The position numbers and the translations under genes were made by a program. Shown in pieces: positions 37,737 through 46,906 of a DNA stretch of 58,688 nucleotides. Positions within the stretch are counted from its first letter, which is position 1. The number at the start of each line of letters is the position of its first letter. Origin of the DNA: Comamonadaceae bacterium (GTDB lineage: Bacteria > Pseudomonadota > Gammaproteobacteria > Burkholderiales > Burkholderiaceae_C); assembly GCA_947451565.1 (NCBI GenBank), contig CANFZT010000001.1:1-58688 (forward strand), read 5' to 3'. Below the pieces are notes generated by a model. The model did not search any database, was not told where the DNA came from, and was given only the letters and a program-made list of their open reading frames with translations.

Positions 37737-38618
37737 ATGAGCGATAAAAACTTATTGGACGAAGAACAAATTCAACGCCTACGCGATGACATCTTGGACA
37801 CACTGGACGAAGAGCTAGAGATGTCGATCGACGAAGACGGTGACAACAGCCATCGCGTCACTTACTTTCGAGAACTCTTGCGTTTGCAAGGTGAGTTGGT
37901 CAAGCTCCAAGACTGGGTGGTTGCCACCAAGCAAAAAGTGGTGATTTTGTTTGAAGGCCGGGATGCAGCCGGTAAGGGTGGCGTGATCAAACGCATTACC
38001 CAACGCCTCAACCCTCGCGTGTGTCGCGTGGCCGCCCTACCCGCACCTAACGACCGCGAACGCACGCAGTGGTACTTTCAACGTTATGTGGCTCATTTAC
38101 CAGCAGCTGGTGAAATTGTTTTGTTTGACCGCAGCTGGTACAACCGCGCTGGTGTCGAACGCGTCATGGGTTTTTGCAATGACAATGAATACGAAGAGTT
38201 CTTCCGCACTGTTCCCGAATTTGAAAAAATGCTGGCACGCAGCGGCATCACCTTGATCAAGTATTGGTTCTCCATCACCGACGATGAGCAGCACGCACGC
38301 TTCTTAGGTCGTATTCACGACCCTCTGAAGCAATGGAAACTCAGCCCCATGGATTTAGAAAGTCGCCGCCGCTGGGAAGACTACACCGTCGCCAAAGAAA
38401 CCATGATTGATCGCACACACATCCCAGAAGCACCGTGGTGGGTGGTGCAAGCGGTGGACAAAAAGAGTGCGCGCTTGAATTGCATTCACCACTTGCTAGG
38501 ACATTTCAAATATCACGAAATCGAGCACCCAGAGATTGCACTACCCGCGCGTGTGCGCAATCCAGATTACATCCGTCATCCTGTACCCGACGAGATGATC
38601 GTTCCCGAAATTTATTGA
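37737..38618 (+). CDS. ppk2: Polyphosphate kinase 2
   Basis: FEGRDAAGKGG, WYFQRY, FDRSWYNRAGVERVMGF, WKLSPMD. Confidence 0.97.
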   Translation: MSDKNLLDEEQIQRLRDDILDTLDEELEMSIDEDGDNSHRVTYFRELLRLQGELVKLQDWVVATKQKVVILFEGRDAAGKGGVIKRITQRLNPRVCRVAALPAPNDRERTQWYFQRYVAHLPAAGEIVLFDRSWYNRAGVERVMGFCNDNEYEEFFRTVPEFEKMLARSGITLIKYWFSITDDEQHARFLGRIHDPLKQWKLSPMDLESRRRWEDYTVAKETMIDRTHIPEAPWWVVQAVDKKSARLNCIHHLLGHFKYHEIEHPEIALPARVRNPDYIRHPVPDEMIVPEIY

Positions 38619-38654
38619 AGCAAATTCATCTTTAATAATTAAAAAATTTATCCC

Positions 38655-39050
38655 ATGAATCCAATTCATGAAAACCTACAAAAGCAAAGACGTGGGTTAA
38701 ACCGAGTCATTCACGCGTTCGGTTACTCCCTGCAAGGTTTGCAAGCGGCCATGCACGAACCCGCGTTTACGCAAGAAGCGTATCTCGCTTTTATTTTGAT
38801 ACCGCTGTCGTTTTACATAGGAAGTAACTGGGTTGAGATTTCACTTCTTTCAGGATCGGTTATTTTTGTTTTGATCGTTGAACTCTTAAATACAGGGCTG
38901 GAATCAGCCATCGATCGTGTGGGTCCTCAATGGCATGACCTCTCTAAACGTTGCAAAGATCTAGGCAGTGCAGCCGTATTGCTGAGTATTCTGCTTTGTA
39001 TGGGGATTTGGCTAACCGCCCTCTTTCTTAAGTTATCTCATTACTTCTAA
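38655..39050 (+). CDS. dgkA: Diacylglycerol kinase
   Basis: AFGYS.QGL.AA..E.AF.QE, ELLNT.LE.AIDR, KDLGSAAV. Confidence 0.93.
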   Translation: MNPIHENLQKQRRGLNRVIHAFGYSLQGLQAAMHEPAFTQEAYLAFILIPLSFYIGSNWVEISLLSGSVIFVLIVELLNTGLESAIDRVGPQWHDLSKRCKDLGSAAVLLSILLCMGIWLTALFLKLSHYF

Positions 39051-39065
39051 AAGTACAGATCCATC

Positions 39066-39773
39066 ATGACCTCGACAACGATTCAAGGGTGGATGTTTGT
39101 GCTACTCGCCGCCATCTCTGGCCAAAGCATTGCGGCAAGACCTTTTGTCACTGACGATGCAAGACTGACCAATGCCGAAAGCTGTCAACTCGAAAGTTGG
39201 TCTCGTTCATACAAAAATAGCAATGAGTTATGGGTTCTTCCGGCGTGCAACATCACTGGAAATTTTGAGATCACAGCGGGCATTGGGAATGCAACAAACA
39301 CGGACCTGCCAGCAACAAGTGATTTCATCCTTCAAGGGAAAACCTTATTCCGAGAATTAACTACCAACAATTGGGGGTGGGGACTCGCGCTTGGCAAGGT
39401 CAATCACCCCAACGTTGCACCGGGTCCGAACTTGCTAGGCAATACCTATGCTTATATTCCCATTTCATTTTCGACGCTCAACGACAAGGTCATTTTTCAC
39501 ACCAATGTCGGTTGGCTCAAGGATAAAGCTACACAGACGCATCGAGCCACCTGGGGAGTTGGCGCTGAAATACAAGCTTCTCAACGCATCTTGCTGATTG
39601 CCGAATCATTTGGTGACAACCAAGTTAAACCCTATTGGCAAATGGGGGCACGCTATGCCGTCGTCCCTCAGCTTTTTCAAATCGATACAACCATCGGTCA
39701 ACAATTCAACGGAACGATAGACACGCGTTGGATTTCATTTGGCATCAGGCTCACACCTGAAAGAATTTTTTAG
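39066..39773 (+). CDS. Exported hypothetical protein, probable outer-membrane beta-barrel
   Basis: Signal peptide, ARPFVTDDA N-terminus, alternating hydrophobic strands, terminal Phe. Confidence 0.65.
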   Translation: MTSTTIQGWMFVLLAAISGQSIAARPFVTDDARLTNAESCQLESWSRSYKNSNELWVLPACNITGNFEITAGIGNATNTDLPATSDFILQGKTLFRELTTNNWGWGLALGKVNHPNVAPGPNLLGNTYAYIPISFSTLNDKVIFHTNVGWLKDKATQTHRATWGVGAEIQASQRILLIAESFGDNQVKPYWQMGARYAVVPQLFQIDTTIGQQFNGTIDTRWISFGIRLTPERIF

Positions 39774-39781
39774 CAGCTTTC

Positions 39782-39808
39782 GTCACACCCATGTCACAGA
39801 AATTTAAT
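39782..39808 (+). promoter_or_regulatory. Pho-box-like repeats upstream of the corA-like gene
   Basis: GTCAC-acccat-GTCAC-agaaat-TTAAT at 11-bp spacing. Confidence 0.6.
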
Positions 39809-39846
39809 AAATTAGGTGACCGAGACTCGACAGCCTTTGCTATGCC

Positions 39847-41145
39847 ATGTCACTGAAAAACTTGATCGATATGTTGAACAAACAAAAATTAGTGGATGGC
39901 ATTGTCCATAGTCAACACATGCACAAGCACGACTTTGTAGAGTCCTTGCTACGAAAACAACATGATGCCGAGCTCCACAATTTCATTGCCAAACAAAGCG
40001 CCACTGAATTGGGTGGTTACCTCGATGCCTTGCCGTTAGAGGATGCAAAAAAACTATGGGCCAAGATTCCTACAGTGCGTGAAAACGATGTGCTGTGGGA
40101 AATCTCTGACGAGCGACGTGCTGACATTGCCGGCGATCGACAACCAGATTTTGAAGACAGCAAGATCAATGTTTATGAATTGGTCGAGGGACGACTACGC
40201 AATATTTCCATCACGGGCCGCAAGGACCTAGAAGGTGCCAAACCAATTTGGGTGGATTTGATCAACTCGTCCAAAGCAGAGCGCGTGTTTGTGGGTTCGC
40301 ATTTCGGTGTTGAGTTGCCCGACCCCATCGAAGCAACAGACTTAGAAGTCAGTGCACGATTTCATGTCGAAGAAAACGACGACATCCATCTTCACTCCAA
40401 TTTTTTATTTGACCGAGATGATCACTCTAAAAGCGTACCTGTCGCTTTTATTTTGCACGGTGGCATCTTATTTTCTTTACGCAACGAAGAGCTTTCAGTT
40501 TTTCGTCTCCAACGTCGTCGAGCGCTGACGCAACCTGGTTATGTGACCGACTGCGTTGACTTGTTGTTAGACCTGTATGGCGCTGATGTTGAGGTGTCTG
40601 CAGATTCGCTTGAAAACATTTATGCCAAACTGGGCATCGTGGGTCGACACGTCTTGAGCGAAGCCATCACCGACCAAGAAGCTGCTGGCATCTTGGCTGA
40701 CATTGCGGAAGAAGAAGATCAAAACGGGCGCATTCGCAGCAATATTTTGGACACGCAACGCGCTTTGAGTTTTTTGATGCGTGGGCGGTTGCTGACGCCA
40801 GACCAAATTTCGGATTCAAAGCAAATTCTTCGCAACATTGACTCGCTCAACAGCCACACGGCGTTTTTGTTTGACAAGATCAACTTTTTGATGGATGCCA
40901 CCATTGGTTTCATTAACATCAACCAGAACAAGCGGGTGAATCAACTCACCGTGTTCAGTGTGGTGTTCATGCCTATCAACATTTTGGCGGGGGTCGGCGG
41001 TATGTCTGAGTTTTCAATGATGACCGAGGGGACGCCTTGGCCTGTGGCTTATGGCGGATTCTTGATTGGCTCGGCATTCATTGGCCTGATCACCTATGTG
41101 CTTCTCAAACACTTTGAGAAAAAACGTCTTAAAAAACAACTCTGA
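39847..41145 (+). CDS. corA: CorA-family divalent cation transporter with MgtE-N-like N-terminal extension
   Basis: IWVDL, SARF, HT.FLFDKINFLMDAT.GFININQN, two C-terminal TMs, GGMSE in place of GMN. Confidence 0.8.
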   Translation: MSLKNLIDMLNKQKLVDGIVHSQHMHKHDFVESLLRKQHDAELHNFIAKQSATELGGYLDALPLEDAKKLWAKIPTVRENDVLWEISDERRADIAGDRQPDFEDSKINVYELVEGRLRNISITGRKDLEGAKPIWVDLINSSKAERVFVGSHFGVELPDPIEATDLEVSARFHVEENDDIHLHSNFLFDRDDHSKSVPVAFILHGGILFSLRNEELSVFRLQRRRALTQPGYVTDCVDLLLDLYGADVEVSADSLENIYAKLGIVGRHVLSEAITDQEAAGILADIAEEEDQNGRIRSNILDTQRALSFLMRGRLLTPDQISDSKQILRNIDSLNSHTAFLFDKINFLMDATIGFININQNKRVNQLTVFSVVFMPINILAGVGGMSEFSMMTEGTPWPVAYGGFLIGSAFIGLITYVLLKHFEKKRLKKQL

Positions 41146-41153
41146 ATTTAGCG

Positions 41154-41372
41154 ATGACTTATCACAAACACGAAACTACTGAAATCAAAGATGATGGTTT
41201 GCGTTACAGCCGCAAAAAAAATGGATCACCTTTTGAAGGCTCGGGACGCACAGGTGAGATGATGAGCTGCATCAAATGCAGCATGCACAAGCCTAGGTCA
41301 AGCGGCTCATTTCGACGATTTTTGAATGCCAACCATTTCTTTTGCGGCGATTGCCGAGCAGTTCCGACTTAG
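41154..41372 (+). CDS. Small hypothetical protein with two CxxC motifs
   Basis: CIKC...CGDC; fills the corA-phoR gap exactly. Confidence 0.6.
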   Translation: MTYHKHETTEIKDDGLRYSRKKNGSPFEGSGRTGEMMSCIKCSMHKPRSSGSFRRFLNANHFFCGDCRAVPT

Positions 41373-42718
41373 TCGTCAAGACTCCAGCGCGCAGCTGGAA
41401 AATTCAATCTAAAACAAGAGCCCTGCCCCAGCTCACTTGACATCGATAAGCTGCCGCCGTGGCGTTGCATCACATGCTTCACAATCGCCAACCCCAAACC
41501 CGTACCGCCAGACTCGCGTGAACGGCTGCGATCGACACGGTAAAAACGTTCGGTCAAGCGCGGCAAGTGTTCTGGTGCGATGCCAGGGCCTGTGTCACGT
41601 ACTTCAATGCACAAACTACCGTCCATGCCACGGTCGACCGACACATGGATGTGTCCACCAGCGGGCGTGTAGCGCACCGCATTGCTGACCAAGTTAGACA
41701 AGGCGCTTTGAAGTTCGCGGACCTCTCCAAACAAGGAAGCACCTACCAATTCAGGATTTGCATGAAACACAATGACTTGAGGCTCAGCGCCATTTGAAAT
41801 GGAGCGAGATAAACCTTGTGCTTCTTGCTCGCATGACTGCAACAATTGCGCCAATGGTAATACGCTGCGCATGCCAGGCATGGGGCTACCTTCTAAGCGT
41901 GACAGCGTCAACAAGTCTTCCACCAAGCCTTGCATGCGGTCGGCCTGAACCGCCATCAGCGACAAATACCGTTTTTGCTCTTGCGCATTCAACTCTAAAG
42001 TTTGTAGCGTTTCCACAAAACCCGATAGCACGGTGAGTGGTGTGCGAATCTCGTGCGACACATTGGCCACAAAGTCGCGACGCATGGCTTCTGCCTGCTC
42101 CAACATCGTCACATCGCGCGTGAGTAGCAATTGTTTGCCTTCCCCGTAACGATGACGCTGCACGGAAATACGCACAGGACGCTCTACACGGTCTTTGCGG
42201 CCGGCCATCACGATCGGCTCATTGGGTTGCTCCACGGCCATGTAGGCGGTAAAGACTGGATCGCGCAGCAAGTTGCCAATGCGTTGCATGACATCGCGCT
42301 CGGGATGAATACCCAACTGCAACGCTGCAGTTTGGTTGCACCATTCAATTTGTGCATTGGCATCCAGCATCACCACGCCATTGGGTGAAGCTTGAATGGC
42401 CGACAAGAAATCTTTCAAACGCTGCTCGCCAGCATCGATGCTGCGCTCTCGTTCACGCAGAAGTTTGCGGGCACGCTCTAAAAGTACACCCCACCAACCA
42501 GACATTTCAGGCACGATGCCCAAATCGCCATGACGCAGCCAAGAGCGCACGCGGTAACCGCGCCAAGCGTCAACCAGCATCCAAGCCACGCCCGCAATCA
42601 AAGCCCCAACCAACATATAAATGACAGGCTGAAGCTTATCTCCTATCACCGCCCATGAAAAGCCAAGAGCGGCACCAAAGGCTAAAAGAGAGAAAAACGA
42701 AAGAAAGCGACTGATCAC
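41369..42718 (-). CDS. phoR: Phosphate regulon sensor kinase PhoR
   Basis: PAS region (WCN..A), MRRDFVANVSHEIRTPLTV, NLVSNAVRY, RLTERFYRVD.SRSR.SGGTGLGLAIVKH. Confidence 0.96.
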   Translation of the reverse strand: MISRFLSFFSLLAFGAALGFSWAVIGDKLQPVIYMLVGALIAGVAWMLVDAWRGYRVRSWLRHGDLGIVPEMSGWWGVLLERARKLLRERERSIDAGEQRLKDFLSAIQASPNGVVMLDANAQIEWCNQTAALQLGIHPERDVMQRIGNLLRDPVFTAYMAVEQPNEPIVMAGRKDRVERPVRISVQRHRYGEGKQLLLTRDVTMLEQAEAMRRDFVANVSHEIRTPLTVLSGFVETLQTLELNAQEQKRYLSLMAVQADRMQGLVEDLLTLSRLEGSPMPGMRSVLPLAQLLQSCEQEAQGLSRSISNGAEPQVIVFHANPELVGASLFGEVRELQSALSNLVSNAVRYTPAGGHIHVSVDRGMDGSLCIEVRDTGPGIAPEHLPRLTERFYRVDRSRSRESGGTGLGLAIVKHVMQRHGGSLSMSSELGQGSCFRLNFPAARWSLDD

Positions 42719-42736
42719 ATAGACCTTGTAAGTGCT

Positions 42737-43429
42737 TTAGGGTTGATGGGTGATTCTGTATCCTACGCCACGAACTGTCTCGACCATGCTACCCGCGCCA
42801 CCTAAGGCCTCGCGCAAACGTTTCACATGAACATCCACCGTGCGTTCTTCAATGAACACATGGTCACCCCACACGCGGTCTAGCAGTTGACTGCGACTAT
42901 GAACACGCTCAGCGTGATGCATCAAATAATTTAGCAATTTGAACTCAGTCGGGCCAAGCTTGATAGCTTGGTCATTGAAACTGACGCGATGGGTAGAGCC
43001 ATCAAGCTGCAACGCGCCAATGCGCACCACATCACTAGCCTGTTCTGGGGCACGGCGGCGCAGCACCGCACGAATGCGAGCCAACAGCTCTTGTGTCGAA
43101 AAAGGCTTGGTGATGTAGTCGTCGGCACCGGCATCAAGGCCTGCGATTTTGTCAGGCTCATCGCCCCGTGCCGTGAGCATCAAAATAGGCGTGGTCTTGG
43201 TACGGGGGTCGGCGCGCCAACGACGGGCCAACTCCAATCCACTTTGCCCCGGCAGCATCCAGTCGAGCAAAATCACATCCGGCAAAACCTCATCAATGTG
43301 CTTTTGTGCAGCTACGCCATCCGACGCCAACATGGGCAACATGCCGTTATGACGCAAATTGATCGAGATGAGTTCGGCAATCGCCGACTCATCTTCAACC
43401 ACCAAAACGCGTGCAATTTTCATCTTCAA
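42737..43429 (-). CDS. phoB: Phosphate regulon response regulator PhoB
   Basis: LLDWMLPG, LGPTEFKLL, SRSQLLDRVWG, EERTVDVHVKRLR. Confidence 0.97.
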   Translation of the reverse strand: MKMKIARVLVVEDESAIAELISINLRHNGMLPMLASDGVAAQKHIDEVLPDVILLDWMLPGQSGLELARRWRADPRTKTTPILMLTARGDEPDKIAGLDAGADDYITKPFSTQELLARIRAVLRRRAPEQASDVVRIGALQLDGSTHRVSFNDQAIKLGPTEFKLLNYLMHHAERVHSRSQLLDRVWGDHVFIEERTVDVHVKRLREALGGAGSMVETVRGVGYRITHQP

Positions 43430-43440
43430 AAAACTTTCAA

Positions 43441-44142
43441 TTAACTCATCGATGATTCGACATCAGCCAATGGGGTGTGACGCACGTCTTCGCCCTTGAC
43501 GATGTAGATGATGAATTCAGCAATGTTTTTGGAGTGGTCACCAATGCGCTCGATCGCTTTGGCGATGAATAGCAAATCAAGGCTGGCCGAGATGGTGCGT
43601 GGGTCTTCCATCATGTAGGTGATGAGTTTGCGCACAAAGCCATCGAATTCTTTGTCGATTTCGTTGTCTTCACGCAAGATGCTAACCGCCATGGGCACAT
43701 CCAAACGGGCAAATGCATCCAAGGCTTTGCGCAGCAAACCCGAGGCCAAATCAGCCGACAAACGCAAATCACTCGATGGCAAAGAACGTGGTGCAGAGCC
43801 CTCGATGATGGACTTGACCATGCGCGCAATCTTGGCCGCTTCGTCACCCACGCGCTCAAGGTTAGCTGTAGTTTTAGACATGGCCATGAGCAAACGCAAA
43901 TCGCGAGCTGTCGGTTGGCGACGGCCAATGACAGAGGCGATTTCACGGTCAATTTCCACTTCCAAGCTGTTGACTTTGTTTTCAGTCACCAGCACATCGT
44001 CAGCCGCTTCTGGACTGAATTGGGACAAAGCGTAAACCGCTTGACGAATTTGAGACTCCACCAAACCACCCAACTCCATCACATGTGAGGAGATGTTGTT
44101 GAGGTCGGTGTCGAACTGTGAGGACAGGTGTTTTTCTGGCAT
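43441..44142 (-). CDS. phoU: Phosphate signalling protein PhoU
   Basis: KHLSSQFD, RQPTARDLR, LERVGD, ERIGDH.KNIAE. Confidence 0.97.
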   Translation of the reverse strand: MPEKHLSSQFDTDLNNISSHVMELGGLVESQIRQAVYALSQFSPEAADDVLVTENKVNSLEVEIDREIASVIGRRQPTARDLRLLMAMSKTTANLERVGDEAAKIARMVKSIIEGSAPRSLPSSDLRLSADLASGLLRKALDAFARLDVPMAVSILREDNEIDKEFDGFVRKLITYMMEDPRTISASLDLLFIAKAIERIGDHSKNIAEFIIYIVKGEDVRHTPLADVESSMS

Positions 44143-44156
44143 GGTGATCTCTCCTA

Positions 44157-44945
44157 TTAGCCGAAGCGGCCAGTGATGTAGTCTTCTGTGGCGGTTTTGT
44201 TGGGTTTGAAGAAGATTTGTTCTGTCTCACCAAACTCAACCAACTCGCCCAAATACATGTAAGCGGTGTAGTCGCTGCAACGCGCCGCTTGCTGCATGTT
44301 GTGGGTCACGATGGCGATGGTGTAGTCGGCTTTGAGCTCGTGCACTAACTCTTCCACCTTGCCTGTTGAAATCGGATCAAGGGCTGACGTAGGTTCGTCC
44401 AACAACAACACGGAAGGTTTAACCGCCACACTGCGTGCAATGCACAGACGCTGCTGCTGGCCACCCGAGAGGGACAAACCGTTTTGACCCAGCTTGTCTT
44501 TGACTTCTGTCCAAAGCGCAGCTTTGGTCAGCGCCCATTCGACACGCTCGTCCATCTCAGTTTTGCTGAGGTTTTCATACAAACGCACGCCAAAAGCGAT
44601 GTTGTCGTAAATCGTCATTGGGAACGGGGTTGGTTTTTGGAACACCATGCCAATGCGGGCGCGCAAAAGGTTCAAGTCTTGGCCTGCATCCAGAATGTTT
44701 TGACCATAGAAATTGATTTCACCTTCCGCACGCTGGCCTGGGTAAAGGCTGTACATGCGGTTCAAGGTGCGCAACAAGGTGGACTTGCCACAGCCCGATG
44801 GGCCGATGAAGGCGGTAACTTTGCGCTCCGCGATGTCCATGGTGACATTGCGAAGGCCTTGAAACTTACCGTAGAAGAAGTTCAGGTCACGAACTTCGAT
44901 GGCGTTTTTGATTTCTGTTTGTATTTCAGACATTTTTAAATCCAA
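44157..44945 (-). CDS. pstB: Phosphate ABC transporter ATPase
   Basis: [47 protein letters not shown]. Confidence 0.97.
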   Translation of the reverse strand: MDLKMSEIQTEIKNAIEVRDLNFFYGKFQGLRNVTMDIAERKVTAFIGPSGCGKSTLLRTLNRMYSLYPGQRAEGEINFYGQNILDAGQDLNLLRARIGMVFQKPTPFPMTIYDNIAFGVRLYENLSKTEMDERVEWALTKAALWTEVKDKLGQNGLSLSGGQQQRLCIARSVAVKPSVLLLDEPTSALDPISTGKVEELVHELKADYTIAIVTHNMQQAARCSDYTAYMYLGELVEFGETEQIFFKPNKTATEDYITGRFG

Positions 44946-44951
44946 TTGAAA

Positions 44952-45806
44952 TTAGGAGCTGACTTTGTCGCGAAAGAAGACACGCGCTAACACATTGAGT
45001 ACCAACACGGTCAAAGTGATGAGGAGCGCACCCGCCCATGCCAAACGCACCCAGTTGTCGTAAGGGCTCATGGCGAACTGGAAAATCACCACGGGTAAGT
45101 TGGCCATGGGCGCACCCATGTTGGTGCTGAAGAATTGGTTGTTCAAAGCCGTGAAAAGCAAAGGTGCTGTCTCACCGCTGATGCGGGCCACCGCGAGCAA
45201 CAAACCCGTCATCACACCGCTTTTGGCGGCACGCAAGGTGATGAAGGTGGAGACTTTCCAACGTGGCGCACCCAAAGCAAAAGCGGCTTCACGCAAGCTT
45301 CCGGGAACCAAGCGCAGCATGTTTTCAGTGGTGCGCATGATCACAGGCACCGCGATGAGCGACAAAGCCAAGCTACCCGCGTAGCCCGAAAAATTACCCA
45401 CAGTCGCCACGGCAATGGCGTAAACAAATAAGCCCAACACAATGGATGGCGCAGACAACATGATGTCAGTCACAAAGCGTGTCAGCTCAGCCGTTCTACT
45501 TTCGTCGCCATACTCGGTGAGATAGACTCCTGCCAAGATACCCACAGGGGTAGACACCAAAACCGTCAAGCCCACAATCATCAAGCTACCTACGATGGCG
45601 TTGCGCAAGCCACCGCCCTCCGTACCGGGTGCAGGGGTGTCACTGGTCAACAAATTGCCGTCCAAGGCTGACAAACCGTTGGCAAACAACACGTAAAGAA
45701 TCCAAAGCAAAACCGCCAAACCGACAGCCATGGCGGCCATCGAAAACGCCAAGCCTAGTGAGCTGGCGATGCGACGCTTGGTATAAAGTTGATTGTTCAT
45801 TTTCAT
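44952..45806 (-). CDS. pstA: Phosphate ABC transporter permease
   Basis: GGL.NAIVGS, APSIV.GLF, LREAA.ALGA, RI.GETAPLL. Confidence 0.96.
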   Translation of the reverse strand: MKMNNQLYTKRRIASSLGLAFSMAAMAVGLAVLLWILYVLFANGLSALDGNLLTSDTPAPGTEGGGLRNAIVGSLMIVGLTVLVSTPVGILAGVYLTEYGDESRTAELTRFVTDIMLSAPSIVLGLFVYAIAVATVGNFSGYAGSLALSLIAVPVIMRTTENMLRLVPGSLREAAFALGAPRWKVSTFITLRAAKSGVMTGLLLAVARISGETAPLLFTALNNQFFSTNMGAPMANLPVVIFQFAMSPYDNWVRLAWAGALLITLTVLVLNVLARVFFRDKVSS

Positions 45807-45815
45807 AAAAACCTC

Positions 45816-46826
45816 TTAGTTGCCTTTGGCTTTTTCAGCGCGCATGATCATCATCTTGGCCATTGCCAAAACCACAAAGGTGATGACGAACAACAAAAAT
45901 CCCAGCGCAAACAACGTGGAGAAATGTAGATCTGCGGCTTCACCAAATTCATTGGCCAGCACAGACGCAATAGAGGTACCAGGCGAAAACAAAGACGTGG
46001 GCATGCGATTGGCGTTGCCAATCACAAAGGTCACCGCCATGGTTTCACCCAAAGCACGACCGAGGCCCAGCATGATGCCACCAATCACACCCTTTTGTGT
46101 GTAGGGCAACACCACTTGGCGCACCACCTCCCAGGTGGTGCAACCCAAACCATATGCAGACTCACGCAGAATTGGCGGCGTGATTTCAAACACATCACGC
46201 ATCACCGCAGCGACAAATGGCAAAACCATGAAGGCCAACACAATGCCTGCAGCCAAGATGCCCATGCCGTTGGTGGCCCCACCAAACAAGAAGCCCACCA
46301 AGGGCATACCGCCCAAGAGGCTTTGGAGCGGCACTTGCAAGTGATCGGCGAACAAAGGCGCAAATACAAACAAACCAAACATGCCGTAGATGATGGACGG
46401 CACAGCTGCCAACAACTCAATCGATGTACCCAAGGGGCGGCGCAACCACACAGGGCAGGTTTCCGTCAAAAAGACCGCTACGCCAAACGCCAAGGGCACG
46501 GCCAACAAGAGTGCAATGCCCGCACTAGCCATCGTGCCCACAATCGCAATGGCGGCACCGAACTCTGCGTTCACGATGTCCCATTCGACACGCCACAAGA
46601 AGTTAAAACCAAATTTTTGAAACGTTGGCCATGCATTAACAAACAAGGAAATGATGATGCCTGACAACGCGGCCAAGACCAACAAAGAAAAGGCTTGCGT
46701 GATGCGATGAAAGAAGAAATCTTGGGTGCGTTGCTTCTTAGCAACCGCCACCATATCAGCGCTGACCGCTTGACCAGACTCTTCTTGCATTAAATTTTGT
46801 GCGCTCATGACAGACCCTAGACTCAT
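45816..46826 (-). CDS. pstC: Phosphate ABC transporter permease
   Basis: ELLAAVPSIIYG, ESAYGLG.T.WEV, GRALGETMAV, ANEF.EA. Confidence 0.96.
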   Translation of the reverse strand: MSLGSVMSAQNLMQEESGQAVSADMVAVAKKQRTQDFFFHRITQAFSLLVLAALSGIIISLFVNAWPTFQKFGFNFLWRVEWDIVNAEFGAAIAIVGTMASAGIALLLAVPLAFGVAVFLTETCPVWLRRPLGTSIELLAAVPSIIYGMFGLFVFAPLFADHLQVPLQSLLGGMPLVGFLFGGATNGMGILAAGIVLAFMVLPFVAAVMRDVFEITPPILRESAYGLGCTTWEVVRQVVLPYTQKGVIGGIMLGLGRALGETMAVTFVIGNANRMPTSLFSPGTSIASVLANEFGEAADLHFSTLFALGFLLFVITFVVLAMAKMMIMRAEKAKGN

Positions 46827-46852
46827 AAAAACACCCTACTTCTAAAAAACTA

Positions 46853-46890
46853 AAATTCCGTCGGCACTTACAAAAAGGCCGACGGAATTT
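46853..46890 (-). terminator. Stem-loop between pstS and pstC (terminator or mRNA-stabilising hairpin)
   Basis: Perfect 13-bp arms aaattccgtcggc / gccgacggaattt, followed by T-rich sequence on the minus strand. Confidence 0.75.
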
Positions 46891-46906
46891 ATTAGCTCAA
46901 TTCAAA

